A stretch of 64,000 bases of DNA, taken from assembly GCA_964016885.1 (NCBI GenBank), contig OZ024741.1, positions 100,502,001 through 100,566,000 of the forward strand, read 5' to 3'. A program made the position numbers and the translations under genes. A model generated the notes under the pieces. That model searched no databases, had not been told where the DNA came from, and worked only from the letters and a program-made list of their open reading frames with translations. How positions within the stretch are numbered: the stretch's first letter is position 1; each line of letters starts with the position of its first letter. Below, one piece after another: positions 44,101-57,929 of this stretch. The stretch comes from Eledone cirrhosa. Its lineage: Eukaryota.

Positions 44101-47100
44101 TTATGTTGTAGTGTTTTACATAGGTGGTGCTTTATGTCCTAGTGTGTTATGTTGTAGTATTTTACATAAGTGGTGCTTTATGTCCTAGTGTGTTATGTTG
44201 TAGTGTTTTACATAGGTGGTGCTTTATGTCCTAGTGTTTTATGTTGTAGTATTTTACAAAAGGGGTGCTTTATGTCCTAGTGTGTTATGTTGTAGTGTTT
44301 TACATAGGTGGTGCTTTATGTCCTAGTGTGTTATGTTGTAGTATTTTACAAAATGGGGTGCTTTATGTCCTAGTGTGTTATGTTGTAGTGTTTTACATAG
44401 GTGGTGCTTTATGTCCTAGTGTGTTATGTTGTAGTGTTTTACATAGGTGGTGCTTTATGTCCTAGTGTGTTATGTTGTAGTATTTTACATAGGTGGTGCT
44501 TTATCTCCTAGTGTGTTATGTTGTAGTATTTTACATAGGTGGCGCTTTATGTCCTAGTGTGTTATGTTGTAGTGTTTTACATAGGAGGTGCTTTATGACC
44601 TAGTGTGTTATGTTGTAGTGTTTTACATAGGTGTTGCTTTATTTCCTAGTGTGTTATGTTGTAGTGTTTTACATAGGTGGTGCTTTATGTCCTAGTGTGT
44701 TATGTTGTAGTGTTTTCCATAGGTGGTGCTTTATGTCCTAGTGTGTTATGTTGTAGTATTTTACATAGGTGGTGCTTAATGTCCTAGTGTGTTATATTGT
44801 AGTATTTTACATAGGTGGTGCTTTATCTCCTAGTGTGTTATGTTGTAGTGTTTTCCATATGTGGTGCTTTATGTCCTAGTGTGTTATGTTGTAGTATTTT
44901 ACATAGGTGGTGCTTTATGTCCTAGTGTGTTATGTTGTAGTGTTTTACATAGGTGGTGCTTTATGTCCTAGTGTGTTATGTTGTAGTATTTTACATAGGT
45001 GGTGCTTTATGTCCTAGTGTGTTATGTTGTAGTATTTTACATAGGTGGTGCTTTATGTCCTAGTGTGTTATCTTGTAGTGTTTTACATAGGTGGTGCTTT
45101 ATGTCCTAGTGTGTTATGTTGTAGTGTTTTACATAGGTGGTGCTTTATGACCTAGTGTGTTATGTTGTAGTATTTTACATATGTGGTGCTTTATGTCCTA
45201 GTGTGTTATGTTGTAGTGTTTTACATAGGTGGTGCTTTATGTCCTAGTGTATTATGTTGTATTTTTTACATAGGTGGTGCTTTATGTCCTAGTGTGTTAT
45301 GTTGTAGTGTTTTACATAGGTGCTGCTTTATGTCCTAGTGACTTATGTTGTAGTGTTTTACATAGTTGGTGCTTTATGTCCCAGTGTGTTATGTTGTAGT
45401 GTTTTACATAGGTGCTGCTTTATGTCCTAGTGACTTATGTTGTAGTGTTTTACATAGTTGGTGCTTTATGTCCTAGTGTGTTATGTTGTAGTGTTTTACA
45501 TAGGTGGTGCTTTATGTCCTAGTGTGTTATGTTGTAGTATTTTACATAGGAGGTGCTTTATGTTCTAGTGTGTTATGTTGTAGTGTTTTACATAGGTGGT
45601 GCTTATGACCTAGTGTGTTATGTTGTAGTGTTTTACATAGGTGGTGCTTTATGTCCTAGTGTATTATGTTCTAGTATTTTACATAGGTGGTGCTTTATGT
45701 CCTAGTGTGTTATGTTGTAGTATTTTACATAGAAGGTGCTTAATGTCCTAGTGTATTATGTTGTAGTGTTTTACATAGGTGGTGCTTTATTTCCTAGTGT
45801 GTTATGTTGTAGTGTTTTACATAGGTGGTGCTTTATGTCCTAGTGTGTTATGTTGTAGTGTTTTCCATAGGTGGTGCTTTATGTCCTAGTGTGTTATGTT
45901 GTAGTATTTTACATAGGTGGTGCTTAATGTCCTAGTGTGTTATATTGTAGTATTTTACATAGGTGGTGCTTTATCTCCTAGTGTGTTATGTTGTAGTGTT
46001 TTCCATATGTGGTGCTTTATGTCCTAGTGTGTTATGTTGTAGTATTTTACATAGGTGGTGCTTTATGTCCTAGTGTGTTATGTTGTAGTGTTTTACATAG
46101 GTGGTGCTTTATGTCCTAGTGTGTTATGTTGTAGTATTTTACATAGGTGGTGCTTTATGTCCTAGTGTGTTATGTTGTAGTATTTTACATAGGTGGTGCT
46201 TTATGTCCTAGTGTGTTATCTTGTAGTGTTTTACATAGGTGGTGCTTTATGTCCTAGTGTGTTATGTTGTAGTATTTTACATAGGTGGTCCTTTATGTCC
46301 TAGTGTGTTATGTTGTAGTGTTTTACATAGGTGGTGCTTTATGTCCTAGTGTGTTATGTTGTAGTATTTTACATAGGTGGTGCTTTATGTCATAGTGTAT
46401 TATGTTGTAGAGTTTTACATAGGTTGTGCTTTATGTCCTAGTGTGTTATGTTGTAGTATTTTACATAGGTGGTGCTTTATGTCATAGTGTATTATGTTGT
46501 AGAGTTTTACATAGGTTGTGCTTTATGTCCTAGTGTGTTATGTTGTAGTATTTTACATAGGTGGTGCTTTATGTCCTAGTGTGTTATGTTGTAGTGTTTT
46601 TCATAGGTGGTGCTTTATGTCCTAGTGTGTTATGTTGTAGTGTTTTACATAGGTGGTGCTTTATGTCCTAGTGTGTTATGTTGTAGTATTTTACATAGGT
46701 GGTGCTTTATGTCCTAGTGTATTATGTTGTAGTGTTTTACATAGGTGGTGCTTTATGTCCTAGTGTGTTATGTTGTAGTATTTTACATAAGTGGTGCTTT
46801 ATGTCCTAGTGTGTTATGTTGTAGTGTTTTACATAGGTGGTGCTTTATGTCCTAGTGTTTTATGTTGTAGTATTTTACAAAAGGGGTGCTTTATGTCCTA
46901 GTGTGTTATGTTGTAGTGTTTTACATAGGTGGTGCTTTATGTCCTAGTGTGTTATGTTGTAGTATTTTACAAAATGGGGTGCTTTATGTCCTAGTGTGTT
47001 ATGTTGTAGTGTTTTACATAGGTGGTGCTTTATGTCCTAGTGTGTCATGTTGTAGTGTTTTACATAGGTGGTGCTTTATGTCCTAGTGTGTTATGTTGTA

Positions 47101-50100
47101 GTATTTTACATAGGTGGTGCTTTATCTCCTAGTGTGTTATGTTGTAGTATTTTACATAGGTGGCGCTTTATGTCCTAGTGTGTTATGTTGTAGTGTTTTA
47201 CATAGGAGGTGCTTTATGACCTAGTGTGTTATGTTGTAGTGTTTTACATAGGTGTTGCTTTATTTCCTAGTGTGTTATGTTGTAGTGTTTTACATAGGTG
47301 GTGCTTTATGTCCTAGTGTGTTATGTTGTAGTGTTTTCCATAGGTGGTGCTTTATGTCCTAGTGTGTTATGTTGTAGTATTTTACATAGGTGGTGCTTAA
47401 TGTCCTAGTGTGTTATATTGTAGTATTTTACATAGGTGGTGCTTTATCTCCTAGTGTGTTATGTTGTAGTGTTTTCCATATGTGGTGCTTTATGTCCTAG
47501 TGTGTTATGTTGTAGTATTTTACATAGGTGGTGCTTTATGTCCTAGTGTGTTATGTTGTAGTGTTTTACATAGGTGGTGCTTTATGTCCTAGTGTGTTAT
47601 GTTGTAGTATTTTACATAGGTGGTGCTTTATGTCCTAGTGTGTTATGTTGTAGTATTTTACATAGGTGGTGCTTTATGTCCTAGTGTGTTATCTTGTAGT
47701 GTTTTACATAGGTGGTGCTTTATGTCCTAGTGTGTTATGTTGTAGTATTTTACATAGGTGGTCCTTTATGTCCTAGTGTGTTATGTTGTAGTGTTTTACA
47801 TAGGTGGTGCTTTATGTCCTAGTGTGTTATGTTGTAGTATTTTACATAGGTGGTGCTTTATGTCATAGTGTATTATGTTGTAGAGTTTTACATAGGTTGT
47901 GCTTTATGTCCTAGTGTGTTATGTTGTAGTATTTTACATAGGTGGTGCTTTATGTCCTAGTGTGTTATGTTGTAGTGTTTTTCATAGGTGGTGCTTTATG
48001 TCCTAGTGTGTTATGTTGTAGTGTTTTACATAGGTTGTGCTTTATGTCCTAGTGTGTTATGTTGTAGTATTTTACATAGGTGGTGCTTTATGTCCTAGTG
48101 TGTTATGTTGTAGTGTTTTTCATAGGTGGTGCTTTATGTCCTAGTGTGTTATGTTGTAGTGTTTTACATAGGTGGTGCTTTATGTCCTAGTGTGTTATGT
48201 TGTAGTATTTTACATAGGTGGTGCTTTATGTCCTAGTGTATTATGTTGTAGTGTTTTACATAGGTGGTGCTTTATGTCCTAGTGTGTTATGTTGTAGTAT
48301 TTTACATAAGTGGTGCTTTATGTCCTAGTGTGTTATGTTGTAGTGTTTTACATAGGTGGTGCTTTATGTCCTAGTGTTTTATGTTGTAGTATTTTACAAA
48401 AGGGGTGCTTTATGTCCTAGTGTGTTATGTTGTAGTGTTTTACATAGGTGGTGCTTTATGTCCTAGTGTGTTATGTTGTAGTATTTTACAAAATGGGGTG
48501 CTTTATGTCCTAGTGTGTTATGTTGTAGTGTTTTACATAGGTGGTGCTTTATGTCCTAGTGTGTCATGTTGTAGTGTTTTACATAGGTGGTGCTTTATGT
48601 CCTAGTGTGTTATGTTGTAGTATTTTACATAGGTGGTGCTTTATCTCCTAGTGTGTTATGTTGTAGTATTTTACATAGGTGGCGCTTTATGTCCTAGTGT
48701 GTTATGTTGTAGTGTTTTACATAGGAGGTGCTTTATGACCTAGTGTGTTATGTTGTAGTGTTTTACATAGGTGTTGCTTTATTTCCTAGTGTGTTATGTT
48801 GTAGTGTTTTACATAGGTGGTGCTTTATGTCCTAGTGTGTTATGTTGTAGTGTTTTCCATAGGTGGTGCTTTATGTCCTAGTGTGTTATGTTGTAGTATT
48901 TTACATAGGTGGTGCTTAATGTCCTAGTGTGTTATATTGTAGTATTTTACATAGGTGGTGCTTTATCTCCTAGTGTGTTATGTTGTAGTGTTTTCCATAT
49001 GTGGTGCTTTATGTCCTAGTGTGTTATGTTGTAGTATTTTACATAGGTGGTGCTTTATGTCCTAGTGTGTTATGTTGTAGTGTTTTACATAGGTGGTGCT
49101 TTATGTCCTAGTGTGTTATGTTGTAGTATTTTACATAGGTGGTGCTTTATGTCCTAGTGTGTTATGTTGTAGTATTTTACATAGGTGGTGCTTTATGTCC
49201 TAGTGTGTTATCTTGTAGTGTTTTACATAGGTGGTGCTTTATGTCCTAGTGTGTTATGTTGTAGTATTTTACATAGGTGGTCCTTTATGTCCTAGTGTGT
49301 TATGTTGTAGTGTTTTACATAGGTGGTGCTTTATGTCCTAGTGTGTTATGTTGTAGTATTTTACATAGGTGGTGCTTTATGTCATAGTGTATTATGTTGT
49401 AGAGTTTTACATAGGTTGTGCTTTATGTCCTAGTGTGTTATGTTGTAGTATTTTACATAGGTGGTGCTTTATGTCCTAGTGTGTTATGTTGTAGTGTTTT
49501 TCATAGGTGGTGCTTTATGTCCTAGTGTGTTATGTTGTAGTGTTTTACATAGGTGGTGCTTTATGTCCTAGTGTGTTATGTTGTAGTATTTTACATAGGT
49601 GGTGCTTTATGTCCTAGTGTATTATGTTGTAGTGTTTTACATAGGTGGTGCTTTATGTCCTAGTGTGTTATGTTGTAGTATTTTACATAAGTGGTGCTTT
49701 ATGTCCTAGTGTGTTATGTTGTAGTGTTTTACATAGGTGGTGCTTTATGTCCTAGTGTTTTATGTTGTAGTATTTTACAAAAGGGGTGCTTTATGTCCTA
49801 GTGTGTTATGTTGTAGTGTTTTACATAGGTGGTGCTTTATGTCCTAGTGTGTTATGTTGTAGTATTTTACAAAATGGGGTGCTTTATGTCCTAGTGTGTT
49901 ATGTTGTAGTGTTTTACATAGGTGGTGCTTTATGTCCTAGTGTGTTATGTTGTAGTGTTTTACATAGGTGGTGCTTTATGTCCTAGTGTGTTATGTTGTA
50001 GTATTTTACATAGGTGGTGCTTTATCTCCTAGTGTGTTATGTTGTAGTATTTTACATAGGTGGCGCTTTATGTCCTAGTGTGTTATGTTGTAGTGTTTTA

Positions 50101-53100
50101 CATAGGAGGTGCTTTATGACCTAGTGTGTTATGTTGTAGTGTTTTACATAGGTGTTGCTTTATGTCCTAGTGTGATATGTTGTAATGTTTTACATAGGTG
50201 GTGCTTTATGTCCTAGTGTGTTATGTTGTAGTGTTTTACATAGGTGGTGCTTTATGTCCTAGTGTGTTATGCTGTAGTGTTTTACATAGGAGGTGCTTTA
50301 TGTCCTGGTGTGTTATGTTGTAGCGTTTTACATAGGTGGTGCTTTATGTCCTAGTGTGTTATGTTGTAGTGTTTTACATAGGTGGTGCTTTATGTCCTAG
50401 TGTGTTATGTTGTAGTGTTTTACATAGGTGGTGCTTTATGTCCTAGTGTGTTATGTTCTAGTATTTTACATAGGTGGTGCTTTATGTCCTAGTGTGTTAT
50501 GTTGTAGTGTTTTACATAGGTGGTGTTTTATGTCCTAGTGTGTTATGTTGTAGTGTTTTACATAGGTGGTGCTTTATGTCCTAGTGTGTTATGTTGTAGT
50601 CTTTTATATAGGTGGTGCTTTATGTCCTAGTGTGTTATGTTGGAGTGGTTTACATAGGTGGTGATGTATGTCCTAGTGTGTTATGTTGGAGTGTTTTACA
50701 TAGGTGGTGATGTATGTCCTAGTGTGTTATGTTCTAGTATTTTACATAGGTGGTGCTTTATGTCCTAGTGTGATATGTTGTAGTGTTTTACATAGGTGGT
50801 GCTTTATGTCCTAGTGTGTTATGTTGTAGTGTTTTACATAGGTGGTGCTTTATGTCGTAGTGTGTTATGCTGTAGTGTTTTACATAGGTGGTGCTTTATG
50901 TCCTGGTGTGTTATGTTGTAGCGTTTTACATAGGTGGTGCTTTATGTCCTAGTGTGTTATGTTGTACTGTTTTACATAGGTGGTGCTTTATGTCGTAGTG
51001 TGTTATGCTGTAGTGTTTTACATAGGTGGTGCTTTATGTCCTAGTGTGTTATGTTCTAGTATTTTACATAGGTGGTGCTGTATGTCCTAGTGTGTTATGT
51101 TGGAGTGTTTTACATAGGTGGTGATGTATGTCCTAGTGTGTTATGTTCTAGTATTTTACATAGGTGGTGCTTTATGTCCTAGTGTGATATGTTGTAGTGT
51201 TTTACATAGGTGGTGCTTTATGTCCTAGTGTGTTATGTTGTAGTGTTTTACATAGGTGGTGCTTTATGTCGTAGTGTGTTATGCTGTAGTGTTTTACATA
51301 GGTGGTGCTTTATGTCCTGGTGTGTTATGTTGTAGCGTTTTACATAGGTGGTGCTTTATGTCCTAGTGTGTTATGTTGTAGTGTTTTACATAGGTGGTGC
51401 TTTATGTCCTAGTGTGTTATGTTGTAGTGTTTTACATAGGTGGTGCTTTATGTCCTAATGTGTTATGTTGTAGTGTTTTACATATGTGGTGCTTTATGTC
51501 CTAGTGTATTATGTTGTAGTGTTTTACATAGGTGGTTCTTTATGTCCTAGTGTGTTATGGTGTAGTATTTTACATAGGTGGTGCTTTATGTCCTAGTGTG
51601 TTATGTTGTAGTATTTTACATAGGTGGTGCTTTATGTCCTAGTGTGTTATGTTGTAGTGTTTTACATAGGTGGTGCTTTATGTCCTAGTGTGTTATGTTG
51701 TAGTATTTTACATAGGTGGTCCTTTATGTCCTAGTGTGTTATGTTGTAGTGTTTTACATAGGTGGTGCTTTATGTCCTAGTGTGTTATGTTGTAGTATTT
51801 TACATAGGTGGTGCTTTATGTCATAGTGTATTATGTTGTAGAGTTTTACATAGGTTGTGCTTTATGTCCTAGTGTGTTATGTTGTAGTATCTTACATAGG
51901 TGGTGCTTTATGTCCTAGTGTGTTATGTTGTAGTATTTTACATAGGTGGTGCTTTATGTCCTAGTGTGTTATGTTGTAGTGTTTTTCATAGGTGGTGCTT
52001 TATGTCCTAGTGTGTTATGTTGTAGTGTTTTACATAGGTGGTGCTTTATGTCCTAGTGTGTTATGTTGTAGTATTTTACATAGGTGGTGCTTTATGTCCT
52101 AGTGTATTATGTTGTAGTGTTTTACATAGGTGGTGCTTTATGTCCTAGTGTGTTATGTTGTAGTATTTTACATAAGTGGTGCTTTATGTCCTAGTGTGTT
52201 ATGTTGTAGTGTTTTACATAGGTGGTGCTTTATGTCCTAGTGTTTTATGTTGTAGTATTTTACAAAAGGGGGTGCTTTATGTCCTAGTGTGTTATGTTGT
52301 AGTGTTTTACATAGGTGGTGCTTTATGTCCTAGTGTGCTATGTTGTAGTATTTTACAAAATGGGGTGCTTTATGTCCTAGTGTGTTATGTTGTAGTGTTT
52401 TACATAGGTGGTGCTTTATGTCCTAGTGTGTTATGTTGTAGTGTTTTACATAGGTGGTGCTTTATGTCCTAGTGTGTTATGTTGTAGTATTTTACATAGG
52501 TGGTGCTTTATCTCCTAGTGTGTTATGTTGTAGTATTTTACATAGGTGGCGCTTTATGTCCTCATGTGTTATGTTGTAGTGTTTTACATAGGAGGTGCTT
52601 TATGACCTAGTGTGTTATGTTGTAGTGTTTTACATAGGTGTTGCTTTATGTCCTAGTGTGATATGTTGTAGTGTTTTACATAGGTGGTGCTTTATGTCCT
52701 AGTGTGTTATGTTGTAGTGTTTTACATAGGTGGTGCTTTATGTCCTAGTGTGTTATGCTGTAGTGTTTTACATAGGAGGTGCTTTATGTCCTGGTGTGTT
52801 ATGTTGTAGCGTTTTACATAGGTGGTGCTTTATGTCCTAGTGTGTTATGTTGTAGTGTTTTACATAGGTGGTGCTTTATGTCCTAGTGTGTTATGTTGTA
52901 GTGTTTTACATAGGTGGTGCTTTATGTCCTAGTGTGTTATGTTCTAGTATTTTACATAGGTGGTGCTTTATGTCCTAATGTGTTATGTTGTAGTGTTTTA
53001 CATAGGTGGTGTTTTATGTCCTAGTGTGTTATGTTGTAGTGTTTTACATAGGTGGTGCTTTATGTCCTAGTGTGTTATGTTGTAGTCTTTTACATAGGTG

Positions 53101-56100
53101 GTGCTTTATGTCCTAGTGTGTTATGTTGGAGTGTTTTACATAGGTGGTGATGTATGTCCTAGTGTGTTATGTTGGAGTGTTTTACATAGGTGGTGATGTA
53201 TGTCCTAGTGTGTTATGTTCTAGTATTTTACATAGGTGGTGCTTTATGTCCTAGTGTGATATGTTGTAGTGTTTTACATAGGTGGTGCTTTATGTCCTAG
53301 TGTGTTATGTTGTAGTGTTTTACATAGGTGGTGCTTTATGTCGTAGTGTGTTATGCTGTAGTGTTTTACATAGGAGGTGCTTTATGTCCTGGTGTGTTAT
53401 GTTGTAGCGTTTTACATAGGTGGTGCTTTATGTCCTAGTGTGTTATGTTGTAGTGTTTTACATAGGTGGTGCTTTATGTCCTAGTGTGTTATGTTGTAGT
53501 GTTTTACATAGGTGGTGCTTTATGTCCTAATGTGTTATGTTGTAGTGTTTTACATATGTGGTGCTTTATGTCCTAGTGTATTATGTTGTAGTGTTTTACA
53601 TAGGTGGTTCTTTATGTCCTAGTGTGTTATGTTGTAGTATTTTACATAGGTGGTGCTTTATGTCCTAGTGTGTTATGTTGTAGTAATTTACATAGGTGGT
53701 GCTTTATGTCCTAGTGTGTTATGTTGTAGTGTTTTACATAGGTGGTGCTTTATGTCCTAGTGTGTTATGTTGTAGTATTTTACACAGGTGGTCCTTTATG
53801 TCCTAGTGTGTTATGTTGTAGTGTTTTACATAGGTGGTGCTTTATGTCCTAGTGTATTATGTTGTAGTATTTTACATAGGTGGTGCTTTATGTCATAGTG
53901 TATTATGTTGTAGAGTTTTACATAGGTTGTGCTTTATGTCCTAGTGTGTTATGTTGTAGTATCTTACATAGGTGGTGCTTTATGTCCTAGTGTGTTATGT
54001 TGTAGTATTTTACATAGGTGGTGCTTTATGTCCTAGTGTGTTATGTTGTAGTGTTTTTCATAGGTGTTGCTTTATGTCCTAGTGTGTTATGTTGTAGTGT
54101 TTTACATAGGTGGTGCTTTATGTCCTAGTGTGTTATGTTGTAGTATTTTACATAGGTGGTGCTTTATGTCCTAGTGTATTATGTTGTAGTGTTTTACATA
54201 GGTGGTGCTTTATGTCCTAGTGTGTTATGTTGTAGTATTTTACATAAGTGGTGCTTTATGTCCTAGTGTGTTATGTTGTAGTGTTTTACATAGGTGGTGC
54301 TTTATGTCCTAGTGTTTTATGTTGTAGTATTTTACAAAAGGGGGTGCTTTATGTCCTAGTGTGTTATGTTGTAGTGTTTTACATAGGTGGTGCTTTATGT
54401 CCTAGTGTGTTATGTTGTAGTATTTTACAAAATGGGGTGCTTTATGTCCTAGTGTGTTATGTTGTAGTGTTTTACATAGGTGGTGCTTTATGTCCTAGTG
54501 TGTTATGTTGTAGTGTTTTACATAGGTGGTGCTTTATGTCCTAGTGTGTTATGTTGTAGTATTTTACATAGGTGGTGCTTTATCTCCTAGTGTGTTATGT
54601 TGTAGTATTTTACATAGGTGGCGCTTTATGTCCTAGTGTGTTATGTTGTAGTGTTTTACATAGGAGGTGCTTTATGACCTAGTGTGTTATGTTGTAGTGT
54701 TTTACATAGGTGTTGCTTTATGTCCTAGTGTGATATGTTGTAGTGTTTTACATAGGTGGTGCTTTATGTCCTAGTGTGTTATGTTGTAGTGTTTTACATA
54801 GGTGGTGCTTTATGTCCTAGTGTGTTATGCTGTAGTGTTTTACATAGGAGGTGCTTTATGTCCTGGTGTGTTATGTTGTAGCGTTTTACATAGGTGGTGC
54901 TTTATGTCCTAGTGTGTTATGTTGTAGTGTTTTACATAGGTGGTGCTTTATGTCGTAGTGTGTTATGTTGTAGTGTTTTACATAGGTGGTGCTTTATGTC
55001 CTAGTGTGTTATGTTCTAGTATTTTACATAGGTGGTGCTTTATGTCCTAGTGTGTTATGTTGTAGTGTTTTACATAGGTGGTGTTTTATGTCCTAGTGTG
55101 TTATGTTGTAGTGTTTTACATAGGTGGTGCTTTATGTCCTAGTGTGTTATGTTGTAGTCTTTTACATAGGTGGTGCTTTATGTCCTAGTGTGTTATGTTG
55201 GAGTGTTTTACATAGGTGGTGATGTATGTCCTAGTGTGTTATGTTGGAGTGTTTTACATAGGTGGTGATGTATGTCCTAGTGTGTTATGTTCTAGTATTT
55301 TACATAGGTGGTGATTTATGTCCTAGTGTGATATGTTGTAGTGTTTTACATAGGTGGTGCTTTATGTCCTAGTGTGTTATGTTGTAGTGTTTTACATAGG
55401 TGGTGCTTTATGTCGTAGTGTGTTATGCTGTAGTGTTTTACATAGGTGGTGCTTTATGTCCTGGTGTGTTATGTTGTAGCGTTTTACATAGGTGGTGCTT
55501 TATGTCCTAGTGTGTTATGTTGTAGTGTTTTACATAGGTGGTGCTTTATGTCCTAGTGTGTTATGTTGTAGTGTTTTACATAGGTGGTGCTTTATGTCCT
55601 AATGTGTTATGTTGTAGTGTTTTACATATGTGGTGCTTTATGTCCTAGTGTATTATGTTGTAGTGTTTTACATAGGTGGTTCTTTATGTCCTAGTGTGTT
55701 ATGTTGTAGTATTTTACATAGGTTGTGCTTCATGTCCTAGTGTGTTATGTTGTAGTATTTTACATAGGTGGTGCTTTATGTCCTAGTGTGTTATGTTGTA
55801 GTGTTTTACATAGGTGGTGCTTTATGTCCTAGTGTGTTATGTTGTAGTATTTTACATAGGTGGTCCTTTATGTCCTAGTGTGTTATGTTGTAGTATTTTA
55901 CATAGGTGGTGCTTTATGTCATAGTGTATTATGTTGTAGAGTTTTACATAGGTTGTGCTTTATGTCCTAGTGTGTTATGTTGTAGTATCTTACATAGGTG
56001 GTGCTTTATGTCCTAGTGTGTTATGTTGTAGTGTTTTTCATAGGTGGTGCTTTATGTCCTAGTGTGTTATGTTGTAGTGTTTTACATAGGTGGTGCTTTA

Positions 56101-57929
56101 TGTCCTAGTGTGTTATGTTGTAGTATTTTACATAGGTGGTGCTTTATGTCCTAGTGTATTATGTTGTAGTGTTTTACATAGGTGGTGCTTTATGTCCTAG
56201 TGTGTTATGTTGTAGTATTTTACATAAGTGGTGCTTTATGTCCTAGTGTGTTATGTTGTAGTGTTTTACATAGGTGGTGCTTTATGTTCTAGTGTTTTAT
56301 GTTGTAGTATTTTACAAAAGGGGGTGCTTTATGTCCTAGTGTGTTATGTTGTAGTGTTTTACATAGGTGGTGCTTTATGTCCTAGTGTGTTATGTTGTAG
56401 TGTTTTACATAGGTGGTGCTTTATGTCCTAGTGTGTTATGTTGTAGTATTTTACATAGGTGGTCCTTTATGTCCTAGTGTGTTATGTTGTAGTGTTTTAC
56501 ATAGGTGGTGCTTTATGTCCTAGTGTGTTATGTTGTAGTATTTTACATAGGTGGTGCTTTATGTCATAGTGTATTATGTTGTAGAGTTTTACATAGGTTG
56601 TGCTTTATGTCCTAGTGTGTTATGTTGTAGTATCTTACATAGGTGGTGCTTTATGTCCTAGTGTGTTATGTTGTAGTATTTTACATAGGTGGTGCTTTAT
56701 GTCCTAGTGTGTTATGTTGTAGTGTTTTTCATAGGTGGTGCTTTATGTCCTAGTGTGTTATGTTGTTGTGTTTTACATAGGTGGTGCTTTATGTCCTAGT
56801 GTGTTATGTTGTAGTGTTTTACATAGGTGGTGCTTTATGTCCTAGTGTTTTATGTTGTAGTATTTTACAAAAGGGGGTGCTTTATGTCCTAGTGTGTTAT
56901 GTTGTAGTGTTTTACATAGGTGGTGCTTTATGTCCTAGTGTGTTATGTTGTAGTATTTTACAAAATGGGGTGCTTTATGTCCTAGTGTGTTATGTTGTAG
57001 TGTTTTACATAGGTGGTGCTTTATGTCCTAGTGTGTTATGTTGTAGTGTTTTACATAGGTGGTGCTTTATGTCCTAGTGTGTTATGTTGTAGTATTTTAC
57101 ATAGGTGGTGCTTTATCTCCTAGTGTGTTATGTTGTAGTATTTTACATAGGTGGCGCTTTATGTCCTAGTGTGTTATGTTGTAGTGTTTTACATAGGAGG
57201 TGCTTTATGACCTAGTGTGTTATGTTGTAGTGTTTTACATAGGTGTTGCTTTATGTCCTAGTGTGATATGTTGTAGTGTTTTACATAGGTGGTGCTTTAT
57301 GTCCTAGTGTGTTATGTTGTAGTGTTTTACATAGGTGGTGCTTTATGTCCTAGTGTGTTATGCTGTAGTGTTTTGCATAGGATGTGCTTTATGTCCTGGT
57401 TTGTTATGTTGTAGCGTTTTACATAGGTGGTGCTTTATGTCCTAGTGTGTTATGTTGTAGTGTTTTACATAGGTGGTGCTTGATCTCCTAGTGTGATATG
57501 TTGTAGTGTTTTACATAGGTGGTGCTTTATGTCCTAGTGTGTTATGTTCTAGTATTTTACATAGGTGGTGCTTTATGTCCTAGTGTGTTATGTTGTAGTG
57601 TTTTACATAGATGGTGTTTTATGTCCTAGTGTGTTATGTTGTAGTGTTTTACATAGGTGGTGCTTTATGTCCTAGTGTGTTATGTTGTAGTCTTTTACAT
57701 AGGTGGTGCTTTATGTCCTAGTGTGTTATGTTGGAGTGTTTTACATAGGTGGTGATGTATGTCCTAGTGTGTTATGTTCTAGTATTTTACATAGGTGGTG
57801 CTTTATGTCCTAGTGTGATATGTTGTAGTGTTTTACATAGGTGGTGCTTGATCTCCTAGTGTGATATGTTGTAGTGTTTTACATAGGTGGTGCTTTATCT
57901 CCTAGTGTGTTATGTTGTAGTGTTTTACA

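Larger units (their letters stand above)
1..57929. repeat. 46-bp tandem satellite array (about 1260 monomers, open at the left window edge)
   Basis: Continuous head-to-tail copies of TTTTACATAGGTGGTGCTTTATGTCCTAGTGTGTTATGTTGTAGT[G/A]. Most monomers have 0-3 substitutions, with occasional 45- and 47-bp variants. Single orientation; no interrupting insertion seen. The last monomer ends ...GTGTTTTACA at 57929. Confidence 0.99.

Noticed and set aside
7248-57077. Eighteen 66-98 aa ORFs (VLYVLVCYVVVFYIGGALCPSVLCC...) as protein-coding genes
   Set aside because: They are translations of the satellite wherever a 47-bp monomer shifts the frame past the TAG stops; most start at GTG and none has gene context.
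1-57929. CRISPR array
   Set aside because: No unique spacers; units are directly adjacent; no cas genes; eukaryotic context.
1-57929. Telomeric repeat suggested by the G/T strand skew
   Set aside because: No TTAGGG or TTAGG runs, and the G/T-rich strand runs toward the unique flank rather than toward an end.
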